This document shows, piece after piece, positions 1-9,535 of a DNA stretch of 64,000 nucleotides. The DNA is from a virus. Both the position numbers and the translations under genes were made by a program. Where the stretch lies: positions 1 to 64,000 of the IMG/VR virus record IMGVR_UViG_3300031963_000020; one strand, 5' to 3'. The notes under the pieces were generated by a model, which saw only the letters and a list, made by a program, of their open reading frames with translations, was not told the DNA's origin and did no database searches. The stretch's first letter is position 1. Each line of letters opens with the position of its first letter.

Positions 1-2
1 AT

Positions 3-158
3 ATCGTAACTGGTGTTATGGGTATGCCATTAGAAATTCACGAATTTGTGTATAACTCATTTATGATTATTACACTTGGTTCGTTTGGTATTGCTGGATT
101 AGAAAAGTTTTCACCAACCGCAGTCAAACAAGCAAATGCTGGTGAAGGAGAAGGGTAA
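3..158 (+). CDS. 3' part of small membrane protein (holin-like), truncated by window edge
   Basis: Open frame IVTGVMG...FMIITLGSFGIAGLEKF...EG ending TAA 156-158, overlapping next ATG; hydrophobic segment. Confidence 0.55.
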   Translation: MVTGVMGMPLEIHEFVYNSFMIITLGSFGIAGLEKFSPTAVKQANAGEGEG

Positions 159-868
159 TGAAAAAACTATTAGTGTTACTATTAGTTCCAACACTTCTTT
201 CGGCACAAGTTGTTGGGTCAACTAAAACCGAAGAGTATCGTGCATCATTTGAAAAAAAGATCAATATTGATTCATTGCTGGATTACAATGGACCAAAAAT
301 TCCTATTCAATTGTTGAACATTGGTATCAACGAAGAAGTGTTTGCAATGTATCCAGAACTCAAAGACAAGCGTGTTGGTCTTGGGGTTACCAATATCGTT
401 GTAGAATACTTGGAAGAAACTAATCGTTTTACCTTTACCGAAGATAAGACAGAAATTAAAAACAGAATGGTAAAACAATTTCAAGCGTCCCAATCTGGAT
501 TTACTGAAAACAAATTAGATGGTCGTGGTAAAATTAAATTAGCAGAATATTTTGTATATATTGAAGTGTATGATTTTTCAGTAAGTGAAGATGAAACCAT
601 CAATCTCAAAGATGGTGTCAAGAACAAAGTGGTCACTCGTTTAGGTTTACAAGTAAAGTTTGTGGACGCAGAAACTGGTGAATACTTTACTGGTTCTGGT
701 CTTGGTGAAGCAAAAACAATTCGTGAATTGACTCTAATGAACGACGATAACTTTGGTGAAATAAAGTTCAATCAAAGTACTATTGGTACAACCACCAAGA
801 AGGCATTAGAAGATGCATCGGCAAAAATTGTAACCAGAATGGTTCGTAAAGGGTTGTTTAAGAAATAA
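158..868 (+). CDS. CsgG/HfaB-family envelope protein
   Basis: Signal peptide; 'LEETNRFTFTE', 'LQVKFVDAETGE...GSGLG' and C-terminal 'KKALEDA' pattern typical of CsgG-like fold. Confidence 0.7.
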   Translation: MKKLLVLLLVPTLLSAQVVGSTKTEEYRASFEKKINIDSLLDYNGPKIPIQLLNIGINEEVFAMYPELKDKRVGLGVTNIVVEYLEETNRFTFTEDKTEIKNRMVKQFQASQSGFTENKLDGRGKIKLAEYFVYIEVYDFSVSEDETINLKDGVKNKVVTRLGLQVKFVDAETGEYFTGSGLGEAKTIRELTLMNDDNFGEIKFNQSTIGTTTKKALEDASAKIVTRMVRKGLFKK

Positions 869-2292
869 TGCGACACATCAAGAAAGCAGTTATACTATTA
901 TTATTTATAGCATCAAGCTGTGGTAAAGCACAAGTTGTAGTACAAACTTGGGTTGACCCGTGTACGAATACAGTTCAAACGGCAACATTTCCTATTAATG
1001 GGCCTGGTGTACTGATTTCGTATCGTGGTCAATCCAAGATTTTTACTGCGGCACAAGCACAAGCAGGTGAACTATTAACATGGATTAATCAAGTTACTGT
1101 TAATATTCCGTGTCCCGTAGTGAATAATCCAGTTGTGACACAAACAACAACGACAGTAGCAACCCAAGCTGCAACACAGGCGGCGTCCGCTGCGGCAAGT
1201 GCTGCGGCATCAGCAGCCGCAAGTGCCGCAGCTTCTTCAGCGGCATCTTCAGCAGCAGGTAGTGCGGCAAATTCGGCAGCAAATAGTGCAGCAAGTTCTG
1301 CTGCAACGTCAGCGGCGGCGTCTACACCACCCCCAACACCACCACCCGCTCCTGCAGCACCTGCGGCACCAGCTGCACCCGCACCATCTAGTAGTTCGTC
1401 CTCTACTCCTGCTCCTTCTAGTTCATCGTCAGAACCAGCACCCACATCAAGTGGTGGTGGTGGAGAACCCGCGGCAGAATCTAAACCCGCAGAAGCTAAA
1501 GCCGAGGCTAAGTCAGAATCTTCATCGGAATCTAAATCGGAATCAAAGTCAGAAGAAAGTAAATCTGAATCTAAGTCTGAAGAAAAGTCTGAAGAGAAGA
1601 AGGACGAAAAGAAAGAAGAAAAGAAAAAGGGTGGTGAAAATGTTAATCCTTTATTGGTAGCATCCGATTTAACAACCGGTCAAAATCCAGATGGTAGTTT
1701 GACCGCAATGTTGACCACGGGTGTTTCTCAATCTTCATTAGCAGGTGATAAGAGTTATGGGGTCACTGGTATTCTTTGGTTGACATTTGACCAAGGAGCT
1801 ATCAACGCATCCTATTCTAAGATGAAGTTTGATAAAGGTAAATTAAAACATATTATGTCATATGCCAACACCGCAGCATATCTAAAAGGAACGTGGATGA
1901 ATATGACTGGTGTAACGTGGGTCAAACCCGACCCTAAGTGGGGAATTGTTGGTGTAAGTGGAAACGTTATTATCTTGGCAATTCCAGACAAAATGGAAAA
2001 GAAAACAGCAATTAGTTACGCAACGTCATTTGCAGCATTCTGGATGCACAATCCAATTCAGCTAAATGAACGTGCCACACTATCTCCACAGATATTTATT
2101 CTGGGTTCACCAGTATCATATAATGATATGACCAAGTTTACCTTTAGTGATCAGTTAAGTGCTATGGTCGGTAACTCGGTTGATTACAAAATTACCAAAA
2201 GATTTGGTCTAACGGGTGCACATCGTGTAATGGTCCCATCAACAGGCAAGCCGTTACATTTCTTACTTATCGGTTCACGAGTAACACTATAG
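868..2292 (+). CDS. secreted protein with Ala/Ser, Pro and Ser/Glu/Lys low-complexity linker and beta-rich C-terminal domain
   Basis: N-terminal signal; central AS-, P- and SEK-rich tracts; amphipathic strand-like C-terminus; coupled to upstream gene (TAATG). Confidence 0.6.
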   Translation: MRHIKKAVILLLFIASSCGKAQVVVQTWVDPCTNTVQTATFPINGPGVLISYRGQSKIFTAAQAQAGELLTWINQVTVNIPCPVVNNPVVTQTTTTVATQAATQAASAAASAAASAAASAAASSAASSAAGSAANSAANSAASSAATSAAASTPPPTPPPAPAAPAAPAAPAPSSSSSSTPAPSSSSSEPAPTSSGGGGEPAAESKPAEAKAEAKSESSSESKSESKSEESKSESKSEEKSEEKKDEKKEEKKKGGENVNPLLVASDLTTGQNPDGSLTAMLTTGVSQSSLAGDKSYGVTGILWLTFDQGAINASYSKMKFDKGKLKHIMSYANTAAYLKGTWMNMTGVTWVKPDPKWGIVGVSGNVIILAIPDKMEKKTAISYATSFAAFWMHNPIQLNERATLSPQIFILGSPVSYNDMTKFTFSDQLSAMVGNSVDYKITKRFGLTGAHRVMVPSTGKPLHFLLIGSRVTL

Positions 2293-2300
2293 GAGTAGTT

Positions 2301-3074
2301 ATGATTAAGAATTTAAGTTTTGCAGAACAAAGTGCATTATTTGCACGCTTTAGTAATTTAGCATATGAAAAACCAGAAGATGCAAAGAAGTTATTTGTTA
2401 AAGCTGGGTTTGATGGTGTAACGTATTATGGTAATGATGGTAGTAATGCATATGTAGTAGAAAGTAAAGATGATGTAGTAGTCATTTGTCGTGGAACCGA
2501 AGTGAAGGAATGGAATGATATTAAGGCTGACCTCAGTATTGCATTAACACCATCACGCACTGGTATTGGTCGTGTACATCGTGGGTTCCGTACATATACG
2601 GACAAGATATGGGAACCAATTAAAATACATATTAGTCCAATCAAGAACAAAGATATTTGGTTTACTGGACATAGTTTAGGTGCGGCAATGGCAACCTTAA
2701 TGGCTCGTCGTTGTGTATTAGATATTAGTATGAGAGTTCCTACCTTATTTACTTATGGTAGTCCACGTGTTGGTGACCGTGATTACATTGATGAATTCAA
2801 CGGACACATCACACATCATCGTTGGGTCAATGATGGTGATATTGTAACCAAAGTTCCATTTGCTCCACTTTATTATCATTGCGGTACTATGCATCATATT
2901 AGTAAAGATGGTAAGGTAACCGTAGAATACGATAGAAAAATTAGTTGGGCTCGCGTTTTATCATTGCTTCTTCCACACGGTATCTTTAAGCTGATTGCGG
3001 GAGACGCACAGGACCACTCATCAGTAGGATACACAGAAAAATTATTATTTTGGTCAATTAACGATATAAAGTAA
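2301..3074 (+). CDS. class 3 lipase (alpha/beta hydrolase)
   Basis: RGT, VHRGF, GHSLG nucleophile motif, YGSPRVG, D-x-V-x-x-VP, C-terminal His. Confidence 0.9.
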   Translation: MIKNLSFAEQSALFARFSNLAYEKPEDAKKLFVKAGFDGVTYYGNDGSNAYVVESKDDVVVICRGTEVKEWNDIKADLSIALTPSRTGIGRVHRGFRTYTDKIWEPIKIHISPIKNKDIWFTGHSLGAAMATLMARRCVLDISMRVPTLFTYGSPRVGDRDYIDEFNGHITHHRWVNDGDIVTKVPFAPLYYHCGTMHHISKDGKVTVEYDRKISWARVLSLLLPHGIFKLIAGDAQDHSSVGYTEKLLFWSINDIK

Positions 3075-3093
3075 TATTTATTATTAGTTGTTA

Positions 3094-3132
3094 AAGACGG
3101 GGGTTGACTTTTGTTGACCTCCGTTTTACTTT
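3094..3132 (+). promoter_or_regulatory. hairpin with T tract overlapping sigma70-like promoter (TTGACT 3104-N17-TACTTT 3127)
   Basis: Inverted repeat gacgggggt...acctccgtt; consensus-like hexamers with 17-nt spacer. Confidence 0.5.
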
Positions 3133-3149
3133 TGTATAGGAGGGGTAGT

Positions 3150-3662
3150 ATGTTTAAACCTTTTATTATGTTAGTTGCGATGATGTCGTTCCAGCAACTA
3201 AAGATTAATAAGATGCCACTTCCACCACGAGGGATACGAGATAGCACGCAAAACTATATCGTGATACACAATGATGGTACTAATATGACTGCAAGACAAA
3301 CGCACGGTGTATTACGCAGACGTAGATTGTCGTATCATTACTTTGTGGCACGTGACGGAAAGATATATGAATATGTAAATCCAAAGTATATTGCTCGTCA
3401 CGCTGGGATATCGTTGTTCGATGGTATTAAACTCTGGAACAACTTTAGTATTGGTATCTGTTTACAAGGTATGAATGGATTGATGTATAGCGACCAACAA
3501 TATGAAAGTTTGAGTAAGTTAGTACAACAACTTCACAATAGATACCCAGATAGTAAGACACGACCGATACTGACACATGCACAAGTTGCGTTTCCATTTG
3601 GTCGTAAGAAAGACCCTGGTGAAACGTTCGATTTAACAAGAATAAAACTTGATAGTATTTAA
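3150..3662 (+). CDS. N-acetylmuramoyl-L-alanine amidase (Amidase_2/AmpD-like)
   Basis: IVIH, SYHYFV..DG, ARHAG, N..SIGI, H and RKKDPG motifs; SD AGGAGG before ATG 3150. Confidence 0.85.
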   Translation: MFKPFIMLVAMMSFQQLKINKMPLPPRGIRDSTQNYIVIHNDGTNMTARQTHGVLRRRRLSYHYFVARDGKIYEYVNPKYIARHAGISLFDGIKLWNNFSIGICLQGMNGLMYSDQQYESLSKLVQQLHNRYPDSKTRPILTHAQVAFPFGRKKDPGETFDLTRIKLDSI

Positions 3663-3677
3663 ACGAGGATAAAGGTT

Positions 3678-4691
3678 ATGATTAGATACGCTGATGTAAT
3701 TGTAGATTTACAGGCGGGTGATACTGGTAAGGGGAAAGTTGCCCATGCACTCGCTAACAACTATGATTTAATCCTTCGATATAATGGTGGTTCTAACGCA
3801 GGTCACACAGTCTATCACCATGGAAAGAAGGTTGTGACGCATCTTGTTCCTATTGGTGTGTTGTTTGGTATTCCAAGTGTGATTGGATTTGGATGTGTTG
3901 TGAATCTTAAAAAGTTAGAAGAAGAAATTAAAGATTTAAATAAAGCAGGATTCAACACCGATGGGCTAATATTTGTTGATGAACGATGCCACCTGGTATT
4001 AGATAAACATATTGAAGAAGATAGTTCCGATAGTAAAATTGGAACCACTCGACAAGGAATTGGTCCAACCTATCGTGATAAGTATAACCGCACAGGTATG
4101 CGGATGAAGGATTTGGGTATCCAACCTTCTTCACTATTCTCTGTTATTGATACTTATGAGTTATTCCATAACAAGCATAACGACTGGCGTATCTTATGTG
4201 AAGGTGCACAGGGATTTCAAATTGATGTTGATTGGGGTGATTACCCATACGTGACCAGCTCGCATTGCACGATTGGGTCAGCGGTTCTGAATGGAATTCC
4301 TCCACAAAAAATACAGAAGGTTATTGGGACGATGAAAGCGTATGAAACATATTCTGGTTTCAAGACTACATTTCAAGATGAGAACGACCCGATATTACAG
4401 AAGATACAAGAAGTAGGTGGTGAGGTAGGCGCAACCACAGGTCGTAAACGTAAGGTTCGTTGGTTGGATTTAGATGGTGTCATTAAAGCAATCAATATCA
4501 ATGGTGTGACAGACCTCATCATTAACAAAGCTGATATTTTAGAGCAGGTTGGTGTGTTTCGTTATGTGTATGAAGGTGAGTTGCGTGAATGTAATACACT
4601 AAATCAAATGATATCAGAGGTACGGAATATATTGTATGACGTTACCCAAGTAAAAAATATTGTTTGGTCAATGACGCCTAATGGGATCTAA
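3678..4691 (+). CDS. purA: adenylosuccinate synthetase (short form)
   Basis: GDTGKGK, GGSNAGHT, IGTT..GIGP.Y.DK, EGAQG, YPYVTSS, GATTGRKR, NKAD. Confidence 0.93.
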   Translation: MIRYADVIVDLQAGDTGKGKVAHALANNYDLILRYNGGSNAGHTVYHHGKKVVTHLVPIGVLFGIPSVIGFGCVVNLKKLEEEIKDLNKAGFNTDGLIFVDERCHLVLDKHIEEDSSDSKIGTTRQGIGPTYRDKYNRTGMRMKDLGIQPSSLFSVIDTYELFHNKHNDWRILCEGAQGFQIDVDWGDYPYVTSSHCTIGSAVLNGIPPQKIQKVIGTMKAYETYSGFKTTFQDENDPILQKIQEVGGEVGATTGRKRKVRWLDLDGVIKAININGVTDLIINKADILEQVGVFRYVYEGELRECNTLNQMISEVRNILYDVTQVKNIVWSMTPNGI

Positions 4692-4740
4692 CTACTATTT
4701 ACTATAGTAGTACTTGACAAAATTTTAACCGAGAGTTAAG

Positions 4741-4953
4741 ATGAAGAAGTTAGATAAGTTTGTAGTACCTGTAAATGTTATTGTTTATGGGGAAGATGCG
4801 GAGGATGCGGTATCATATGTAGAAGAAGCATTGGATGTTAGCTCGTTTATCACAGAAGATGGTCTAATCGGAGCAGAGATTATGACCGATGATGTCGAAC
4901 TTTTTGACGAGGGTTACGAAGATGATGATGCAGACTATGAGGACGAAGATTAA
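4741..4953 (+). CDS. small acidic hypothetical protein
   Basis: ORF track; D/E-rich; fills gap in operon. Confidence 0.55.
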   Translation: MKKLDKFVVPVNVIVYGEDAEDAVSYVEEALDVSSFITEDGLIGAEIMTDDVELFDEGYEDDDADYEDED

Positions 4954-5161
4954 TTGGTCGAATGTGAAGTTTTGGACGTTGATTGTAGGAATTGCAGCAT
5001 TCACGTTGTGGAATATGAACAACGATATAAAGTCCGCAGAGCAGTATAAAAGTATAGCGTGTCCATCACTATTCAGTATCGCACGTTCTTCTCGTGATAC
5101 CTTGATTGTGATGAAGAATGTAGATGTATGTAATGACTTTATGATGGAAAATCTAAAGTGA
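4937..5161 (+). CDS. small membrane protein
   Basis: One TM helix; internal ATG preferred. Confidence 0.55.
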   Translation: MRTKINWSNVKFWTLIVGIAAFTLWNMNNDIKSAEQYKSIACPSLFSIARSSRDTLIVMKNVDVCNDFMMENLK

Positions 5162-5168
5162 GGTTTTT

Positions 5169-5366
5169 ATGGACGCGATAGATTATGAAAAAACTGGATT
5201 TATCAAAGGTGCTAATGCACGAATGAAAAACTCTGGATATAAAGTTTTATTGGTATCCAACCCAAAAACGGACGAGGTAGATGGAAAAACTCGTGCTTGG
5301 GTTGCTATGGAGTTTGACACGCATGTTAGATATTTAGCTATAATGGATGATTTAGAATTAATTTAA
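5169..5366 (+). CDS. hypothetical protein
   Basis: SD GAGG upstream; operon context. Confidence 0.6.
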   Translation: MDAIDYEKTGFIKGANARMKNSGYKVLLVSNPKTDEVDGKTRAWVAMEFDTHVRYLAIMDDLELI

Positions 5367-5397
5367 TTGGTTATGTCCACTAATAATCAGTTGTAGT

Positions 5398-5601
5398 ATG
5401 AAACATAAAGCAGCAATCAATATAGTAATTACAATTGTGTTTATGTTGGGTGTATTGGTTGGAACACTAATGCACGGACACGTAATGTGGCATGATGTGG
5501 TTGCCGCAATGATTGCTGGTATTATATTCGGTGGTATTTTATTCACCCAATTTAGACTAATTATACGAAAGGTTCTGCAACTATTTACTAAGAAGAAATA
5601 A
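5398..5601 (+). CDS. two-TM membrane protein
   Basis: Two hydrophobic helices, basic C-tail. Confidence 0.6.
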   Translation: MKHKAAINIVITIVFMLGVLVGTLMHGHVMWHDVVAAMIAGIIFGGILFTQFRLIIRKVLQLFTKKK

Positions 5602-5930
5602 TGGCAGATCCAACTATACTTTCACCAGAAGCCACAACCGCAGGTGTAGCAGCGATTGTTGGTGGTGTCGTTCTAAAACTGATAGAAAAACTATGGTTAA
5701 GTAAAACTGTAGTTGATGAACATGCTGTTCTTCGCAAGGAACTTCGTGAAGAGCTTGACGCAGTAAAGGATGAAATTGCGTGTCTCCGTGAAGAGGTTGA
5801 CGAATGGCGTGAGAAGTATTATAGTCAAGTAGAAACAACAAACGAATTATTGTTTGAGGTCAGTGTATTAAAAACTCGTCTACGCAAATATGAATCAGAT
5901 TCAGGCGAGTTTTCTAAAGATGATTTCTAA
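5601..5930 (+). CDS. TM plus coiled-coil protein
   Basis: N-terminal hydrophobic helix then heptad-rich region. Confidence 0.65.
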   Translation: MADPTILSPEATTAGVAAIVGGVVLKLIEKLWLSKTVVDEHAVLRKELREELDAVKDEIACLREEVDEWREKYYSQVETTNELLFEVSVLKTRLRKYESDSGEFSKDDF

Positions 5931-6234
5931 GGTATACACTGTGACTGTGGTTGACCTCCGTAATCTCTTACCTTTAGGGATACGACGAACACCACTTATA
6001 TGTACAGAACTTGAAGATGCAATATACGCAGTAAAAAACAATATGCAGGATTTGGCGGACGGGGCAACATATCAGTATGCAGTTGTCGAACAAACTATAT
6101 TGAATGTAGTTCGTCCTAACATCGAAGGTAGTGGAACCAGACTTTGGTACAAGTATAACTCAGTAATAGATGAGTTTGAACCATGCGATGTACCTATCGC
6201 ACTTCGTAATCAAACTGGGTTCGGTATCGGATAA
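5920..6234 (+). CDS. hypothetical protein
   Basis: ORF overlapping upstream gene end. Confidence 0.6.
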   Translation: MISKVYTVTVVDLRNLLPLGIRRTPLICTELEDAIYAVKNNMQDLADGATYQYAVVEQTILNVVRPNIEGSGTRLWYKYNSVIDEFEPCDVPIALRNQTGFGIG

Positions 6235-6241
6235 CTAAGAG

Positions 6242-6709
6242 GTGTATGTGAGTAATTTTATATTAGGTTTATTGGCAGGTGCGTTTGTAATTGGAACAAC
6301 CACAACAATTATATTGATGGTTAAAGCAGTCGCTATATTAGCAGAGACACTAACCATTATTAAAACCATCTATATAGAAGGGAATAAAACACAGCAGATG
6401 GTTCAAGCTACTATGGAAGCATCAGAGAACTTTGTTGATGCATTGAACTCCGCAACCGTAGAAATGGAAAAGCAGCAGCAACAACAGATGCAACAGCAAG
6501 GATTTTTCCAAGTGTTTAAGACACAAGATGGTAAGCACATAGCACCATCCTTCGAAAAACTAATAGAGAAAATGAAAAACGATCCTGACTATCGTAAGAT
6601 AAGTGAAAAGGATATGGATGAACTTCGTCGTTTATTTGAAGATAATTCAAACGATGAAGAAGATGATAGTGATGAACCACAAGAACCCTGGAAAGGGGAG
6701 GATAAATGA
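6242..6709 (+). CDS. membrane-anchored protein with poly-Q and acidic tail
   Basis: N-terminal TM, Q-run; start uncertain. Confidence 0.6.
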   Translation: MYVSNFILGLLAGAFVIGTTTTIILMVKAVAILAETLTIIKTIYIEGNKTQQMVQATMEASENFVDALNSATVEMEKQQQQQMQQQGFFQVFKTQDGKHIAPSFEKLIEKMKNDPDYRKISEKDMDELRRLFEDNSNDEEDDSDEPQEPWKGEDK

Positions 6710-6876
6710 TACCTTCTGATAAAGAAATCGAAAGGTTGGTCAAGAAATTAAGTGGAAAACATCCACCAAAGCAACAAAAAATAAAGATGGAAAAAGAGGA
6801 ACACGATGAGGAAATTCGTCGTGCATCAGCAGACGATATTTTTCGTGAAATGAAGAAGCTGCCGTTTTCTGGCTGA
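6706..6876 (+). CDS. 56-aa hypothetical protein (not in ORF track)
   Basis: ATGA overlap with upstream stop, SD GGAGG; MIPSDKEIERLVKK...LPFSG. Confidence 0.6.
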   Translation: MIPSDKEIERLVKKLSGKHPPKQQKIKMEKEEHDEEIRRASADDIFREMKKLPFSG

Positions 6877-7033
6877 ACCTCACTACATATAATACACATC
6901 CCGCATGAGCTCGTGTGGGCAATCAAATACAATTTAAAAACTGCATACTAAGTTTTTAGGGGCTTTCTCCTGCCCGCACGTGCATTATAAGAAAGAAAAG
7001 AAAAAGAAGCAAAAAGAAAAGAAAGAAAAAAAT

Positions 7034-7393
7034 ATGAATAAAGAAAAAGCTAAAGAAATAATAAAACCAGGATGGCATAAGCTAATAGATAAAGCTTATG
7101 CTATAACTGATATACTATCATTTGCGCAAATAGTAGATGTTAGTACGAATCATTCTATGCTGCAAATTCATTTCACTTCAGCCCTTGACAAGTCACAGCA
7201 GTACGTGTTAGATTGTATCTCATACAAGATAGAAAGAGAATCGGCAAAGATATGTGAAGAATGTGGACTGAATGGTTTTAGAAGAAAAGATATACCGCAT
7301 TCACCTTGTTTATGTACAGCGTGTTATACTATTCAGTATAATGAAAAGATGGAGTCCGTGTCACCACAGGTGACGAATCAAGAACCTCAATAA
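7034..7393 (+). CDS. zinc-ribbon hypothetical protein
   Basis: PGW, CEECG and CLCTAC motifs. Confidence 0.65.
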   Translation: MNKEKAKEIIKPGWHKLIDKAYAITDILSFAQIVDVSTNHSMLQIHFTSALDKSQQYVLDCISYKIERESAKICEECGLNGFRRKDIPHSPCLCTACYTIQYNEKMESVSPQVTNQEPQ

Positions 7394-7403
7394 CGAGGTA
7401 TAT

Positions 7404-7655
7404 ATGTTCTACACAGCAGAAGATGTACAACCCGCAGTAAACGCAGCAGTTAAGATGTTTGGTCGTCAGGGACGTATGGACACAGGAAAGAATGTTTTCT
7501 ACAATGTGTCTGTATTCACCAGAGAGTACGGCAAGTTGTGGTACGGAGACATCAGTAAAGATGGAATTGAGGAAAAGCTTAAGATGCTTTCAGCCTCCAT
7601 CAATATGAATGTCTCGTTGGTAGATGAACATTTCGAAATCATCTCTACTAACTAA
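7404..7655 (+). CDS. hypothetical protein
   Basis: SD GAGGT; ORF track. Confidence 0.65.
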   Translation: MFYTAEDVQPAVNAAVKMFGRQGRMDTGKNVFYNVSVFTREYGKLWYGDISKDGIEEKLKMLSASINMNVSLVDEHFEIISTN

Positions 7656-7690
7656 AAAATATTTAATATCCAACAATCTTTTCAAGGGTA

Positions 7691-7719
7691 TTGACAACGT
7701 GGTGAAGATGTTGTATGTT
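7691..7719 (+). promoter_or_regulatory. sigma70-like promoter
   Basis: TTGACA-N17-TATGTT in intergenic region. Confidence 0.65.
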
Positions 7720-7823
7720 TAACGTGTACTGAGTGAGACAGTTCCGAAGCCCACGCACTATGGCGATGACGCTCGAACAAATATCGGATATCTTACAAAA
7801 CTTTTTATAAAGAGGTTATTTTT

Positions 7824-8144
7824 ATGGCAAAGCGCAACAGCAAGACCCGTAGCGACTTCTCGATGAACCGCTACTTCAACACGACCGAGTTCGAGGCTAC
7901 CGCTCGTCGGATGACTTCGTACCTCCGCTCACTTTCGAACCGCCGTTCGTCGGGTATCGTCACCGCTGACGATGTGAACGCCTACCTCACCCGTGAGGGT
8001 GTCCACCAGAAGCAGGTTCGTACCCGCCTTTCGTTCATCAACGCTGTCCTCGCTGGCAGTGGTGAGTTCGAGCAGAACGGCACGGTCGCTTCGGCCCGTC
8101 CCGCTGCTAAGGGTCGCACCATCACGGCTTGGACCGCTGCGTAA
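7824..8144 (+). CDS. basic 106-aa protein with strongly C/U-ending codon bias (putative early gene)
   Basis: SD GAGGT; codons CGC/ACC/TTC/AAC/GAG unlike neighbours; own promoter and terminator. Confidence 0.75.
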   Translation: MAKRNSKTRSDFSMNRYFNTTEFEATARRMTSYLRSLSNRRSSGIVTADDVNAYLTREGVHQKQVRTRLSFINAVLAGSGEFEQNGTVASARPAAKGRTITAWTAA

Positions 8145-8167
8145 TCTACGCTAAATCCAAAAAACTT

Positions 8168-8203
8168 AAACGGAAGGGCTAACGCTCTTCCGTTTTTGTT
8201 TTA
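8168..8203 (+). terminator. intrinsic terminator
   Basis: aaacggaaggg-ctaacg-ctcttccgttt followed by T tract. Confidence 0.8.
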
Positions 8204-8249
8204 TTGCTTGATATTTATATTAGTAAGGTTATTCACAAGGAGTTAGGTT

Positions 8250-8396
8250 ATGGCATCACAATTTCATGGTAATGAAGTATTTCTACGCTCGTTGACCACT
8301 GAACAACTAGAGCAAATTAAACAAGAAGCTGCGACCTTATCTAAAGGACACGAAGCAGCCATCAAAGAACAATTAGAACGTTTAAATATTAAGTAA
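8250..8396 (+). CDS. 48-aa hypothetical protein (not in ORF track)
   Basis: SD AGGAG; MASQFHGNEVFLRSL...LNIK. Confidence 0.6.
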   Translation: MASQFHGNEVFLRSLTTEQLEQIKQEAATLSKGHEAAIKEQLERLNIK

Positions 8397-8398
8397 TT

Positions 8399-9535
8399 AT
8401 GCGATTACATCTACTAGGTATTCCGCATACTCAAACTACTTACGAGTTCAGCCATTGTGCGTTTACTGGTAAGGTAAAACGGTTTGCCCCAATGATGCAA
8501 TCGGTAGGATATGACGTTATTCATTACGGGGTAGAGGGAGCACATAGTGGGGCAACCTATGATGTGAATCTAATGTCGTTTGATGAATGGGCGGGAATTA
8601 GAACAAAATTATTTAATGAAATATACGGTAATCGTGATGCCATGCCATCCGACTTTATCGGTGATTTAGCGAATACTGGTAATGAATTGTATCAAACGTT
8701 CAATGCACGCTTAAAGATACAATTAGGAAGAAATCTTGACACACACGATATTATTTGTTTACCCTTCGGATTTGCCCACGATACGGCTATTAAAGATTTT
8801 CCAAATCCAAAAGTAGAAACTGGTATCGGTTACCCAAACTCATACCAAGACTTCAGAATATTTGAAAGTAATGCGTGGTATCATTACGAGATAGGTCGTG
8901 AAGGTAGAAGTGGTCACGATTATCATTGGGTCATTCCAAACTACTTTAAGGTTGACGATTGGGACTTCAATCCAAACCCAGAAGGATATGTCGCATACTT
9001 TGGTAGATTATCAAATATTAAGGGAGTGCATTTTATATCAGAAATAGCCAAAGTTCGTCCTGATTTAAAGTTTAAAATTTGTGGACAAGGTGACCCAACT
9101 CCATATTTAACTTCACCAAATATTGAGTATGTTCCACCTATTCACGGACGAGAGCGTTCAAAGTTTTTGGGTAACGCAATGGCAGTTATAATGCCAACAC
9201 GTTATGTAGAACCATTTGGTGGAGTTACCGTAGAAGCAGAACTCTGCGGAACACCAGTATTGGGTTCTTCATACGGAAGTTTTACAGAAACGGTTGAACA
9301 CGGAAAAACTGGATATCAATGTAGAACACTTGGTGATTTCTTAGCAGGATTAGAGCAAATTGAAAATGGTGCAATCGACAGAGCATATGTCCGTAATTTT
9401 GCAGTAGAACATTTTGATATGTACAAGTTGGCTCACAAATATGATGGTGCATTTAGACAAATTAATGATATATCAACTGATAAGGGATGGTATAGTAGAC
9501 GTTCAATGATTGGACCAATCACGAGGGTCGTATGA
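8399..9535 (+). CDS. glycosyltransferase, GT-B fold (GT4-like)
   Basis: YFGRL...KG, EPFGGVTVEA..CGTPV. Confidence 0.88.
   Translation: MRLHLLGIPHTQTTYEFSHCAFTGKVKRFAPMMQSVGYDVIHYGVEGAHSGATYDVNLMSFDEWAGIRTKLFNEIYGNRDAMPSDFIGDLANTGNELYQTFNARLKIQLGRNLDTHDIICLPFGFAHDTAIKDFPNPKVETGIGYPNSYQDFRIFESNAWYHYEIGREGRSGHDYHWVIPNYFKVDDWDFNPNPEGYVAYFGRLSNIKGVHFISEIAKVRPDLKFKICGQGDPTPYLTSPNIEYVPPIHGRERSKFLGNAMAVIMPTRYVEPFGGVTVEAELCGTPVLGSSYGSFTETVEHGKTGYQCRTLGDFLAGLEQIENGAIDRAYVRNFAVEHFDMYKLAHKYDGAFRQINDISTDKGWYSRRSMIGPITRVV

Noticed and set aside
1180-1630. Repeat array or CRISPR
   Set aside because: Codon-level low complexity within a CDS; no repeat-spacer periodicity seen anywhere in the window
3678-4691. 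PurZ / 2-aminoadenine (Z) genome
   Set aside because: Catalytic Asp is retained (GDTGKG, not GSxGKG) and NKAD suggests GTP use; the HD protein at 14324 looks YhaM-like rather than DatZ-like
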